Positions 35,901 through 50,031 of a stretch of DNA of 64,000 nt are shown one piece after another. Both the position numbers and the translations under genes were made by a program. Position 1 is the first letter of the stretch; each line of letters starts with the position of its first letter. The DNA is from Toensbergia leucococca (lineage: Eukaryota): positions 186,001-250,000 of the forward strand of contig JALDZS010000001.1 in NCBI GenBank assembly GCA_022813965.1, in the 5' to 3' direction. A model generated the notes under the pieces. That model had not been told where the DNA came from. It made no database searches and worked only from the letters and a program-made list of their open reading frames with translations.

Positions 35901-38900
35901 CAGGTTGATAATGCTGTGTTGGGCTGGCTCGCATCGGATCGATTGTACCAGAGGGTTTCTCGGTAAGAGCCCCAGACCAATCTGGATTGAATTTGGACTC
36001 AGATTATAGAAGTAGCTGCGAGGTTGGTTAGTCTGCGGCAACAACCTCAAGAAGACATCTGAGATCGCTGCAACATCTTCGCGTGTGCGAAAGCGTTGCA
36101 GAAAAAGCATGTCTTTGTAGTCCGTGGGATTTCCAGCTTGAGATAGCGAATATCGACAGTTCAGCAACTCGAGCCAACGAAGAACGTCACGCAGATTGAA
36201 TTCCCAAGGGCCGCCTTGCGATCCAATACTCCGATCGTGGTAGATCAGCTGGCTCAGGGCCGAAACGCAGGCGATTAAGTTTTGGGTTTTCTCGCGTTGA
36301 AAATTCGGAAAACGCTGTCTGCAGATAATTAGTAAATCATTTTGCAGGAATACATCAGCATAGACGACGGTGAAACGATTGACGAAAGATGTAGGTAGCC
36401 CTTTTCTTCCTCCACCTTGATGATGTGGATTCTGAGCAGCAAAAAGCACGAAGTCGTGATGTCGTGAAAAGGTTTGGTCCAATTCAGAGACGTATATCTG
36501 CCCTCGATGATCCAGACAAGCATTCAGTCCTTCGAGGACCGATTGAGAAGCAAGATTCATTTCATCTAGGAGAACCCACTCGCCATTCTGCATAGCCCGC
36601 AGGAATGGCGCATCTCTCCAGGCAAATTGTCCTGCATCAGCGCCTTCAACAGGCACATCAGAGCCAAAGAGATCCATCAAATCAGTTTGTTCAGACAGAT
36701 TGATGCGTGTTAACGGCATTCCTATGGTCTGTGCTAGAGCTTCAATGAGTGCTGTTTTCCCAACACCGGGACTGCCCTCTACCAGGATCGGCTTTTGCAG
36801 TTGCAAAGCACGAATTATTTTCATTGCATTGGCTTTAGTCGTGGGAGCATGTAGGCAGAAGCTTGGATCCTGATTAGCTCTAGAAGATCTTGCGAGATTG
36901 AACGGGCCTATGCTCAGTGATTGGTCGGTGACTGAGAGTGCTACTTCTGCGTTGTAAATTTCTTCCATATCATGATGGAATAGCTCACTTAGCTTGGACA
37001 AACAAAAAAGGCGCTCTTTAAATACCCCGTCCACTGCAATTGCTATCTTCGCTGCTGGATTGGCCCCCAAGCTATCGATATAGGTCATCGCAGCTCCGTG
37101 AAGCAGAGAGAGATATTGATCTGAGGTTTGGAAGGTGTTCAAGAACTCTACCCATCCAAGCAACTCACGGATAGAGAAAGTAGATGCGGCGGAATTATAT
37201 GTAGTGCCGAACCATGCTGCGAATGTTACCATAGCTGGAGCGTGTTGGGCAAATGATGGTGCCAGTGAAGTCTGGACGATATCAAGCATCTCCTCGAATT
37301 CCGTTACCTGTGGAACCCAGATCTCCGTAAAACGATTTCGAAGTGCTAGGGAAAGTTCTCGTTTTCCATAATCCCCGCCTGGATTCATCGTCGCAAGGAA
37401 TTGGAATCCCTCTGAAGCAATTACCTGTGCATCTTCCTGACCCTTCTCTGCTAGGAGCAGCGCACGGCCGGGCTCGAGCACACTATTCAAGCGTTCTAAC
37501 ACAGAGTCGTCTGCAAGCGATATCTCGTCTAGCAAAAAATATTGACCTGTCTTCATTGCCTGTACAAGACTACCATCAGACCACTCAAAGAGTGCCTTAA
37601 GCTTCGCTCTATTATGTTCTATACGATGACACATCTCCAAGGGAAGATCGTGGGTTTCATCTCCTTGCATAGCAGTATATGCTTCTAGTAGGACTGGGAG
37701 GCCATCTTGCTGACCGAGCTCGTATTGGCTGTTAGACTTCAGAAACGTGACGAGATCTCCGATCAACTGGCTCTCAATGGCAGCCCTATTCCTTATCGGA
37801 CGTTGCGCACCTATTATATCGCCTGTCTCCGTATTCTGGTGTGCGTTGACAACATGAAGCTGCATGTGCATGATATTGGCAATGACTTGACATATAGTTG
37901 TCTTCCCACAACCAGTCTCACCAACAAGCAAAACAGGCTCCTTGTTCTTTAGCGCCTCTGTGACAAGTACATAAAGCCGTCGCATACTACCTGTCCAGAT
38001 TACACCTGGAGAAATATCCGTGGAGCGAGAAAGCTCAAGCTCTTGAGTATTGGCAATACTGTATACTCGGCTTTCGTCAATCTTGACCTTCATAACATCT
38101 TCAATGACCTTTTTGACGGCAGATCGTTCTTCCGTATTGCGAACTCGCTCAGCTAGTAACATGAAACCATTATGAGCAAGCTGTTCACGATCGTCAGCAT
38201 CTCGCAGGGCCCAGCGGAATAAATCACGAAGTGTTGCGAAACTATTTCTCTTCTCAAATAAGCGCCCAGACTGCCGTAGTATTGATAATTTCTTATAGAC
38301 AGTAACAATCTTTGCACAGAAAGATGGTGCAATTTGACTCCTTTCACGGAGAATGGTTTCCAATTCGTCTTCTGGAATGTCATCGAAATGTAGTTCTAGA
38401 AATCGGTTCCTGAATGCGCGTGAGAGTACTTTGCGTCCGCCATATGTCCCCGCAGGATTTTGAGTAGCAAACAGCATGAAATTCTCATGTGGCCGGACGA
38501 TTTGTTGAGTCTCAGGTATTAGGAGTTCTCGATTGTCGTCTAACAGGCGATTGAGTGCTTCAAGTACATCTGTTGGCGCCAGATTCAGTTCATCCAGAAC
38601 AATCCAATGGCCTTCTCGCAGAGCATGAACTAGTACGCCTTCCTGATATCGAAGCTGTCCATCTGGGCCTGATACGTAGGTTCCGAGATATTCCTGCAGG
38701 TCGGTATGCTCATGATTGTTAATCCTTATAAACTTGTTGCCTGAAAGTCGTGCTAGGTATTGAATCATGCTGGTCTTACCGGAAGACGTTGGTCCTTGAA
38801 GTAGAACTGGGGACCTTCGTGTAGATGTAGCCCGAACAAGGTTGAGTAAGTTTCGTTCGATAAATGGGGTAATGATGTAGTGTGGCTGCATTTCGACAGC

Positions 38901-41900
38901 GAGATATCCCCGAGCTATCCAGTAATGCTTGAATTGAACGAACTGCTTATCTTGACTAGGGTGCCGAGGCGTTTGGTGCAAAGAAGCTCTAGCGTTCTTT
39001 TGAGGGCCAAGGAGGTGTGTCTCTATCAGTGGCAGTAAGAGAAGCTCTGATTCTCTATCAAGCAGTGTCAAGAAACTCATCGAAAAACCTTCAAAGAGAG
39101 CTCTCCGAAGTCCATAAGTAGGGGCAATATCGGTGACATAAACCAAAGTTCTCGTAAGTGTCCGAAGACTAAAGTGTGGCTGCTGTTTAGCCCCATCAAC
39201 AATTCGATTCTCCTCAGCAAGTTTTTGGATCTGTAGATAGAGGCTGGCTATATCAGAAGCTACCCGTACGTCCGTGCTCATGTGATTGCCTAGATAAACT
39301 CGGATGATTGGCACTAAATTCTCGATATCTTTATCCGGAGGGTCGATGAATATTTCAGTAAATCTCGAGCGAAGGCTCATTGGTAGGTCGCGTTTGCCAA
39401 CGTCAGTCGCGGGATTCATCGCGCCAAATATCCGGAATTCTTTATGTGCATAGATACGCTCAGTATTCCCAGTCTCAGGAAGTAACAGCGACGGGCCATC
39501 GCCAATCCCGGCGGAAAGAAGATCGGCCAAACTCTCTAGAGTATCCGGAGAAGCAAGATTGATTTCGTCCAGCAAAACCCAGTCCCCGTTTCTCGCGGCA
39601 TTCACGATGTTGCCTTCAACATATGAGAAAGCAAATCCTTTTGAGCTGCTACCAAGGTGTAGCTCAAAAGTTCGTACATCACTGGCAAATTTGTCCCACC
39701 TGGCCTTTAATTTTTGGTAATTGGGAGACTCGAGCTTTCTTCGTTTTGAAGGCTGTTCGTGAATGTTTTCAGCTAACAGAATTGGGAGATTGAAATTATT
39801 TTCTACCATTTTCAGGGCCTCTTGCCACAAGGTCAACGTACGAAGCCATTGGCCTCTGGCAATTGTCTTGCCAAGTACATCGGTATACCGCTTGTTTCGT
39901 TTTGAGGAGAAGGTGCTTTCAAACAAATCTTGAAATTCATCCTTCATGGGCATAGCAAGAGCTCTGGCGTTGACGGGTTTGTATCCACCCAGAAGATCTC
40001 CAGCTTCACTTTGTTGAGAAAGGTTCACAACCGTCAGTTTACGGCGCAACAAGTTCGCAAGCTGCTGGACGACGGTCGTCTTGCCTGTGCCCGTTTCACC
40101 CACCAGCAAACATGGCTCTGCCATTTTGACAGCAATACCGACAGATTCGAGGAGACGAAGAGAATGCTTTGTCATTGCAAAAGGTCCGATCTCGGTGCGC
40201 TGACTGAGAGATTGCTTACCGTGCAACGATTTCTTCTTAGACAAATAGGCTCGACCAATATGGATTAATGTGTCGCTATTTGAGAATCCTGGGTCACGCG
40301 ACTTCAAACAAAAACGGGCACGCTCAGCGGGGAGATGCAATTCCTGTGCAATTGATGTCACTACGTCGAGTAGTGGATGTTCCATTGATGAATGTCTAGC
40401 GAAGCAATCGACGGCTTCAAGGAATATGTTATCATTGAGAGACTCAGACATTGGCTCTCTGCCAGAGATAGCACCAGCGGCGCGAAGGAGATTTTCTATT
40501 CTTGCACACCATCTTAAGAGATCCTGAGGCCCGTGAACCCTTCCCTTTATTGGGCGTGGATTGAACCTTGACGTACTGACAGCATGAGACTTTGCCTTGT
40601 TCAAAGCAGTGTGAACGTTTATTATCTTTGGTACATGTGCGTGTAGGATAGGAAAACTATTTACAATGATTTCTGCTAGCTCCTCATCCGTAGGCATTCG
40701 TAGAGGTACTTGCACCCAATGTCGAGAGCCAAGTTTACTCGTCATCGGAATTGCTTCTTCGCCCCTTGTAGTGGTAATTGTACGCACGGTCGCGATGATT
40801 TTGAAGCCAGATGCAGCGTAAATAGGCTCCGCCCGATTTGAAATAAGAAGCTCTCCTCGCTCTAGCAGCGGCAATAAGGTACCCATGACCTCTGTTGGAG
40901 CTCGATCAAGGTCTTCAATAATGATCCATCTTCCTTCCATCACAGCAGTCGTGAGAACACCAGGTTGCCAACTGAAAGATCCAGGGGTCCTGTCGCTAGT
41001 GTATACACCAATAAGTAGCTTGGCATCCGTCTGTTCGTTGAGATGAAGTGTGACCACGGACGAGCTCCTGTTCAGTTCTCTTGCCATATCCCTGATCAGA
41101 CATGTTTTGCCAACGCCAGACGGCCCAGTTACCAACACGGATTGAGATCCTTTAATAGCCTTTGCGAGCAGCCTCATATTTTGACTTGTAGTCTTGGTCA
41201 TTGTAATTGGTGTCGGTCTTGAGGTTTTACCACTCAAACGTGGTATCAATACGCCGGCAATACAAGCAGTCATGGGAGAGAGATCTTTTAGCTGAATGAC
41301 TAAATTCGATGCAGGTATTTGAGTCTCCGTACAGCGCGCAGACCGGTGATTTTCAACCTGCCGATGAACATCCTTGAGCCGTTTCTCTTCCCATAAGCTG
41401 AAGAAGGTATAATCGATTGTCTTATCCTCCCAAGGACCAGAAATCTCGCCCACTCCCACATATCTTTCGGCTATCTCAATCATGCTCGCATCAGCGGCAT
41501 GAAGGTATAAACAGAGGACTCTTACAGCCAAGTATCTGATACTTCGGCTCCTGTGGCTGAGAAGAATTTGAATCTCCGCTGGCAAGATCAAAGAGGCAAA
41601 TGTCTGGTTGTCAAACATCAAGAGGCGGCAAAAAGCGAGTAGAATATCTTGTAAAAGCTCGTCTGGAAGCTCTACCAGTAGCTTCACTTCTCGTGATAGA
41701 AGGAGCTGGAGTATTCCGGATTTTCGAGGCAATAAAAGTCCCTCTATGTATACAGCAAGGTGAGGGGCAAAGGGCAGGATACGGGCTATGGCAGCTATGA
41801 CGGCGAATGGATCCCCACCAGAGTCTAAAGCTGTCAGCCATCGGCTGCAGAATTCAAGAAAAAGTGGCCCATGGTGGACATAGATCGTCGAGGTAAATCT

Positions 41901-42047
41901 TGAATCTAGTGCTAATGCTGTCAGTGTATCGAGATATTCAGAGGTAGAACCATGGCGTAATATTGCGATGATCTCTTCGGGCAGCTCTTGAACAATATAC
42001 TGTGTTGATACAAATCGAGCTCTATCCCAAGAGCAATCCATCACCAT
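26977..42047 (-). CDS. MDN1: Midasin (Rea1/Mdn1), dynein-related AAA-ATPase for pre-60S maturation
   Basis: Six Walker A motifs (GPSGVGKT, GETGTGKT, GPTSSGKT, GETGCGKT, GSPGVGKT, GSEGSGKT), a long linker, a D/E-rich tether and a C-terminal MIDAS/VWA domain (AVDDSKSM, IISDG). About five short introns between ~33315 and 34817 join the ORF pieces. Confidence 0.98.
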
Positions 42048-42283
42048 TCGGAGTAGAGTCGACGATTGGCAGTAGTATGAGATTTGTGGGCCGCAAATTT
42101 ATATTTCGGAAAGTAGCAACTTTAAGCGAGGTTGTACGGAGTACGGATACACTAGAATACCTAGAATACTAGGAGACTAGGTAGGGCTGCAGCTGCAGGG
42201 CTGCCGGCTAATCGACAAGGATGTCCTTACAGGCGAGCATCATCAATAGTGTCATCGAAGCTTACCGTGCACCGTGATAGAGC

Positions 42284-45264
42284 ATGACGGGCCAATCGCC
42301 AGGACTCTACAGTGCTGTGGAGGAGTCCTCTTCTTCATCTGCCCATGGCAATCTAAAGAATTCCCTAGAAGATAGTAGCGACTCTGATGACCCTATAGCG
42401 GCCCATAGTCGAGACAATGCTCTACTTGCAGATGACCCACTCGCTCAGGCACAACAAGCTCAGTCAGTCCATTGTAAGCTTTGAGCCTGCAGCAGCTGAT
42501 TGCCAAGGTCTAGGATCTCTTTCAAGAGAAAACGAAAGTTTCCGCCAGGGCTATCACTTCCTAAATTCTTGTCTCCAATTTCTTCCATCAGTGCCAAGGT
42601 CCCTATAGCGCCTCTCGCCACTGCTCGAAGCCGCAGACTACGTGACCAATCGTCCGCAAATGCCTCTGATGTATCTTTAACAGCAAATGGTCATACGAGT
42701 GGAGGGTCTCACTTGAATGATACTAAAGAGGGCGGGCCCTTGGATTGGTACTCTGAGGGCCCTGGTCGAAGAGTCGGTTACGACGATCTTACCGCGATAG
42801 ACTGGATTTTTGAATACACTAAAGAACGGCAGCGCCTACGTTTCATATACTCCCAGGCTACAGGCTTTTTCGGATATACTCAGCAGCTCCTCGATGCGAG
42901 CCAAATATGGATGGTATTGATCGCTACAGGACTAGCCTCTGGTGTACTTGCTGCTGGTATAGATATTGTGAGCGACTGGCTCGGAGACTTAAAAACTGGG
43001 TATTGTCAAAACCGGGCTGGAGGCGGCCGCTTCTATTTGAATAAGGGTTTCTGCTGTTGGGGGCATGAAGGTATAGTACCAAAATCCACGGTTCACGAAC
43101 CCCGGTTCTAACCTCACAGAATGGGTCCAATGCCAGGACTGGACAACTTGGAGTAATACTCTGCACGTGGGATCAGCAGCAGGAAAATACATAATTGAAT
43201 ACGTGTTCTTCATCCTATTCTCTGTAAGTTACCCTTATACCTTTCTCGGAAAGCCCTATCTAATGATTGAAAAAGCTTTTTTTCGCAGTCTGTGCTAGTA
43301 TTCTTGTTGGAGACTACGCACCTTATGCCAAGCATAGTGGGATACCTGAAATCAAGACCGTCTTGGGAGGATTTGTCATACGGCGATTTATGGGCTTCTG
43401 GACTCTGCTCGTCAAGTCTCTTGGCTTAGTAAGTAAATATCTTGAGGTCAAGGCATCTGAACTCCAGCTAAGTAAAAAGTCAGTGCCTTGCTGTGGCATC
43501 GGGGCTCTGGTTGGGAAAGGAAGGCCCGTTAGTTCATGTTGCCTGCTGTTGTGCAAATTTATTGATGAAATTATCATTCAATCTCAACGAAAATGAAGGT
43601 AATGTATCCCGGCTGGGTCTTGAGAAGATAGGTGACTCATATTGTCAAAGCTCGAAAACGAGAAGTGCTTTCTGCTGCTGCTGCTGCTGGCATCTCAGTA
43701 GCGTTTGGATCACCTATAGGTGGTGTTCTTTTTAGTCTTGAGGTAATTACATTCGCTCTCGCGTCCGTCGTATTGTGTTGTGCTCGCTGATATCCTGTAG
43801 CAATTATCATACTATTTCCCGGATAAGACGATGTGGCAGAGCTTTGTTTGTGCCATGGTGGCCGCCGTGACTCTACAAGCTTTCAACCCGTTCCGGACTG
43901 GTAAACTTGTTCTGTACCAAGTGACTTACACTAGCGGCTGGCACGATTTCGAGATGGTACCGTTTGCTCTACTTGGGATCGTTGGGGGCTTGTACGGGGG
44001 ACTCTTTATCAAATTGAACATGCGAATTGCACGATGGCGAAGAACATCACGATGGGCCAAGACTCCTGTCCTTGAGGTCCTTACCATCACTCTCATCACA
44101 GCTCTCATCAATTTCCCAAATGTCTTCATGAGGGCTCAATCGTCAGAGCTAGTCTATATGCTATTCGCGGAATGTGCAGCCATTACGGACGATCAATTTG
44201 GTATATGTAAAACCGGAGCTGCATCTGCCGGTGTCATCGTACTTTTACTTTTCGCGGCGGCGCTAGGCTTCCTCCTTGCTTCTATCACGTTCGGCCTTCA
44301 GATCCCAGCAGGAATCATTCTTCCATCAATGGCTATCGGGGCCCTATATGGACGAGCTTTGGGCATTGTTGTTGAAATCTGGCAAGGGAATCACCCCAAC
44401 GCCCTTATTTTCGCGAGGTGCGAACCCGACATATCTTGCATAACGCCAGGAACTTATGCAATCATCGGTGCAGCCTCTGCCCTCGGTGGCGTGACGAGGA
44501 TGACGGTCTCAATTGTCGTCATTATGTTTGAACTCACTGGCGCCTTGACCTACGTGCTACCAATTATGATTGCAGTCATGATAAGCAAATGGGTAGGTGA
44601 TGCTTTTGGCAAGCGTGGGATATATGAAAGCTGGATCCACTTCAACGAGTATCCGTTCCTGGACAACAGGGATGATTCTCCTATCCCGGATGTTCCGGTC
44701 TCGCAGATCATGACACATATCGATGATATTGCGACTCTCACAGCTACTGGGCACACGTTCCAGACAATCAACGAGCTTCTCGTTGCTCACTTTTATCGGG
44801 GGTTTCCAGTCGTCTCTGATGGTGTCAATAATATTCTCCTCGGCTACATTTCTCGCACCGAGTTGATTTTCGCCCTGAAGACTGCGGCAGCGGAGCCAAG
44901 AAGTCTACCTCCAACGACTGAGGTCTACTTCTCTCATCAACCCCTGGCTAATCCTCTGACGACTCTTGACCTTCGTCCATGGATGGACCAGACTCCTATA
45001 ACGCTCAACGCCAGAAGCAGTCTTCAATTGACCGTCAATATGTTCCAAAAGCTCGGCTTACGAAACGTCTTATTTTGTGACAAAGGGTCTCTTCAAGGTC
45101 TGCTCACTAAGAAAGATGTTTGGTATGTTCTGGACAGTGTTGAAGGCAGTCGGCCGAAGATGGGTACTGGTGTGCTCAGGGAAGAGCAACGAGGGGAAGA
45201 ACGAGGTTTACTCAACCGCGACGACGACCAGGAAATTTTCGCAAGTCCTATCGATGAACGATAG
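42284..45264 (+). CDS. CLC-family chloride channel/transporter with CBS domains (Gef1/ClC-3-like paralog)
   Basis: Motifs [78 protein letters not shown] and CBS repeats. Multiple GT-AG introns. Confidence 0.95.
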
Positions 45265-45782
45265 AGTCCCGTAGGCACACTTCACAGATTTGGAGGCAGG
45301 CTACAAGACGTTGCGCACACCGAATTTCTGATAGTCTCATACAGGCGCCTAGGACGTCGCTGCTTGATATGTATGGAAAAACTTTGTGTGCAGAGTCAAC
45401 AGCAAGATTCCACGAGCACTATCTGATCGTTCAACTAGTACAGAGATGTACAGAGCGCTCGAACACACACATTCGGCCGGCGAAACATCTTAGTAGAATG
45501 AATTTCAATTGCAGCGCAGTAACCCAGTCGACTCACGAAAACACGTACATCTATACACTTGTATTGCAAGAAGTGAGGCTAGATCATCAAGTTCAGAGGG
45601 CGACTTTCCTTTGATGCGAGTATTCGAGACTCGAAAAAGATCGCATTCGTCTGCATAAGATGGGGACAAGGCAGCTGGAGGCTGTTGGTGATGTAGATTT
45701 CTCTGATATCCGTATCCAACAAGCTAGAGCGTTTGCATATCTATGGGTATCGCATCTATCACGCTGCAATTCTTCATGCAAC

Positions 45783-46885
45783 TTATTGATTTTTTGAAAA
45801 TCGTGTACCATTGACTCCCTGCATCCCCATACCCAACTGGCTAGCCACAACCGTGGCCTCCCTTACACTCCTCGCCACCGTCCCTCGTACCATGCCCTCC
45901 TCCAACACTAGCAGGCCCCCAATCGTACATCCGCCAGGCGTGCACACCTTGTCCTTCAACTGCGCAGGGTGCTCTCCGTTCAGAATTAGTTCTGCTGTCC
46001 CCTTCATAGTCTGCGCAGCCATTGCCTGCGCCTCCACCCTAGGCAGTCCCATTGCCACAGCCCCGTCTGTTATAGCCTCTAATATCAACGCAAAGAACGC
46101 AGGCCCAGAACCGCAAAGGGCCGTACTAGCATCCATAGTTGAGGGCGGGAGATGCGCCACCCTTCCTATGCGCGTGAACATCCATGTCACCAGCGTAGCA
46201 AGATGTGGGGGAAGGGGTGGAGTAGACGTAGCGATCACGGTCATGGACTGCCGGATCAAAGAAGCCGTGTTTGGCATCACCCGTACAATACGACACCTTC
46301 CCTCAGTGTCCGGATCGCGACTGCTGGAGCTTCCATAGAGAATCTCTTCGATCTGGGATACGGGTACGCCGGCGAGAATACTGATAAGTAACTTTCCCTC
46401 GAGTGCTTCTTTAATGCCTTCTTCGTTAAGTATATCCTTGACCATTTGGGGCTTGCATCCCAGGAGGACGACATCTGCTTGTTGGACTCCGCGGAGGTTT
46501 TCATTTTGCAAGATTGTAAGCGAGTCGGTCAGGGAGGAGAGAGATCTTTTGATGGCTTTTGCGGACTCGGTACGTTGGACACAGGCGATGAAGTGGGTTG
46601 GTGTGCGGGGAGGGAGCTCTTCGGAAGGGGTGGCTATACCTGATAGGGAGGAGGAATGAGAGGGGCGGAGGTCCGAGAGTGAGGAGAGGATACCGGATAG
46701 GATTGCTGTGCCGAGAGTACCTTCGCGGGTTTAGTGCAGAGAAGTTTTCAGCGAATGTGCGGAGGAGGCTTACCGCATCCGAGGACTGTCAAGGTCATGT
46801 CATGGTCGTTTCTTATATCTGGATTACCTATGTGATTGTTGACAAGTATTGAGAGGCCATCGATCTGAGCATCTCCTAGAGACAT
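45783..46885 (-). CDS. PRO3: Pyrroline-5-carboxylate reductase
   Basis: Motifs LTVLGCG|TLGTAIL (intron ~46773-46722), VVLLGCKPQ, ISILAGV, VRVMPNT, ALCGSGPAF, LKDKVCTPGGCTIGGL. Start is ATG 46885 or the in-frame ATG 46798. Confidence 0.95.
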
Positions 46886-47126
46886 CTGAAAGCTTGTGCC
46901 GAGAAATATATATGGAGCTTAGAGCAGTCAAGCTACCTTATGGTGTATCAATCTTACCGCTCTCGGGTAGTTAGGGTTTGGAAATCCGGGGTAAAGTCTA
47001 GAATATAATTTTCTGCCGTCTCTCTCGTTCACCGCTTTTGAATCGCACCCACACCAACATCTTGAATATTCATTAGAACTATCGGTTCCAAGTTCTGCTT
47101 TGTCCATCTAAAACTCGGAGTCCATT

Positions 47127-47956
47127 ATGGCAGACCCCTTTGAAGTGCGCATGCGTTTCACGTCACAGCTACAACATCTAAATGCCTCCGTTACCTCGTC
47201 ACAGAAGGCTGCACACTATGCTCTCAAGTACCGGGACATGGACGAGGACTTGCATTCATGCATTCTTGAACAACTAGAACGAGTACGTATGTCAGGTACC
47301 ATTTCGGACATCGGCAATGCGACTGACTCCCTCTAAGAATTCAATGAATAATCGAGCGAATATCATGTATTTCATAGAGCATCTCTGCGATATGGCCCAG
47401 CGCGAGAACCACGTCGAATTTGTTCGCATGATGCAAAGAGATATACTGAGGGTTGTCGACGCAGTTGCGCCGAGTGACGGTTCAGGGGCTGCAAATGTGA
47501 AGGTCGTGCGAAGAGTAGAATTCCACGATGCCCTTTCTCCGAGACATTGAGTTGCTTATAAAGAATACTCAGGTTCTGAACGGCCTTCAACAAAAATCCA
47601 TCCTGATACCAGAAACAATAACCGAGCTCGAAGCCTGCTTAAAGGAACGAGATACGTTGCCGGAACACCCTGCCCTATCACCAATCGAGGCCAACGGGCA
47701 GAAGGAGTATCAACTCACCCAAACAACTCCAAAGACAAATGGTGTAGCCCGTTTAGATAAGCGTCAGATTGAGCAGAGGATTGAAGAAGACCGAGAGAGG
47801 CATAAGCGATTAAGGGAAAATATTTGGGCAATCAATGCCGATGAAGATCAGGAGTTTGAGCGGCTGTGGGACGAGGCGAGCGATATTGGAGAAGATGACT
47901 ATTTGGCTGCTGAGGAAGATGCAATGGAGAGAAGGCAAGCTGTCGATGTTGATTGA
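47127..47956 (+). CDS. CTK3: CTD kinase-I gamma subunit
   Basis: MADPFEVRMRF..LNAS..SQKAAHYALKYRDMDEDLHSCILEQLE|NSMNNRANIMYFIE; C-terminal IEQRIEEDRERHKRLRENIW. Two introns. Confidence 0.93.
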
Positions 47957-48872
47957 GATCTTGACCTCGCACCGAGCGTTAGCGATACCCAGGCGTTATG
48001 TTGGAATTGGAAGATCAGACGTTGAACCTCGACGACAGTGTTACCGGAATTTGAAGAACCTAGGGCTTCAAATCTACGGATTTTACAGACATGTTCAGCG
48101 ATGGTTCTTAAGATGCTTCTTCACATATTGATCTTGTACCAGCTCCAGAACGTTTCTGGTCATCACAAATTACTCGCTGCACCACGAAAGGGAAATTTTT
48201 AACATTGCAGCCTTGGCGTCCTCTCACCAAAGTAGAGACACGAACGCTCCAATAAAAAGCGAGAGGCTTCTGGCAGGATGCACGTCACTTGTCAAGGGGA
48301 TTTCGATGAAGATGAGAACAGTTCAATCTAGCCACTAGCTGACTGTCAGTATTGTGACCAGTATGTGACATACCCTTCGAGCCCCCGCGCAACGGTCACA
48401 AAGACCTTGGATTAGCGAGTGGTAGCGGCCTAAAAGATAAGAAAGACATTGCTACGCTACCAAATCCAAATCAAGACTATCGAATTCAGAGGAAGAGAAA
48501 ACAAGCGAGCCCAAATTCTATAACAAGAATTTGCGGACACCCAGAGATTTGATTATCAAGTGATTGTGCGGCCTACAATCTCTTGGCATAATACATAGGA
48601 GAACTTGGAGGCTAGTGACGAGTTGTAAATATTTGCTTAACGAGCTGGTAGAGCCGATATTACGGCCACAGCGCCTTGACAATGCATATCCAAATAATCT
48701 ACCATGCTTTTCTATTGTATTTACAAGCCTTTCGAAAATTTGATGATTGACTCCTTCAAGCCGTGGTGATCTGTCTTTGTAGGTCTTGGTCTGCAAAGTC
48801 CGCCTTCGATTCCCTCTTGTGCAAGCCCGATACATGCAGCTTCTCGCCCCTATTATAATACACAGAACGATC

Positions 48873-49518
48873 TCAATCCATCACAACAATGCCTCCCAGC
48901 CCCTTCATGGTCTCCATAATCTTCTCGCCTTCATCCTTGGATACTCCTTCCTTCATTTGCTTGGGCGCGCTCTCCACAAACTTCTTACTGTCCACTAAAC
49001 TCAAGCCTAGCATACTCTTGATCTCTTTGATGATTTTTGGTTTTGCTGTGGCATCGAATGACTTGAGTGTGAGGGTGAATAGCGTTTTCTCTTGGGCTGC
49101 CGGCGCGGCCTCTTCCTCCTCAACAGGAGCCGGGGCAGCTGGTGCGGCAGCGGCGAAGCCACCCATAGGCATGTCGGGAATGTTCAGCCGTGTCTATTTG
49201 ATTCAACGGTGTATTAGTAATTTGCTGATCTTGAAATTTAGCAACAGGGGCTTCCGTTTGATGCTAAGGGGGTGGAAGTCAAACCTTTAGGTTGGACACC
49301 AGATCTGCCGTCTCTAGTAAAGTCAAGTGACTTATCTGATCGACTATGCCAGTTATCTTTGGATTACTGGCCGAACTTGCTGCTGTGGATTCCCATTGTC
49401 GCGTGGGCGCTCGTTGTCGCTGCTGTGAAGCAGATGTAGACGCAGAAAAAAGAGGTCTCCAAGGATTTCGTAGAGCACTAGAACAGCATCTTGCCGTACT
49501 GGTGTATGTAAGAGACAT
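48873..49518 (-). CDS. MNP1: Mitochondrial large ribosomal subunit protein bL12 (L7/L12)
   Basis: Presequence MSLTYTSTARCC; IVDQISHLTLLETADLVSNLK|TRLNIPD; Ala-rich hinge; KPKIIKEIKSMLGLSLVDSKKFVESAP. One intron. Confidence 0.95.
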
Positions 49519-50031
49519 TTTACAGTTCAACGTCAGTACTCCGTGTTGACATGTTTTAGAAATGACCTTCCAAAATCGAGGACAGGGATTGTCGCTAGCG
49601 TCATACGGAGTATTTATTACACTTGGACTACACGGGACACAGGATGTACTGCAGCTTATGCTATTTGTCTGGTACAAGCCGACTCCTAAGCCTTGAACGG
49701 ATAGGGTTATGAAAGACCATATTCGTAGATTCTGATTTGCTTTCATTCAAGCCACTATGCAATAACATACTATCAATACTCGTAAAAATATGCGTTTTAA
49801 TACAGTAAAAGTGGTTAGCTTGATATACTGTATTAATGCATTGCCAACCAGTACCTTGCCCACTCCACACCTACTCCACCATCGAAACCTGAGCTAAAAT
49901 GAGTCTGTATCTCTCCAAAGAAGAAGCATTCATAGTACGCTATGTGACACTTGGATGGAGCTGTGTGGAATGCTGGAAAATCCTCGATAGATACGTCATA
50001 AAGAGATACATCACCAATCGCCAGAACCGCA

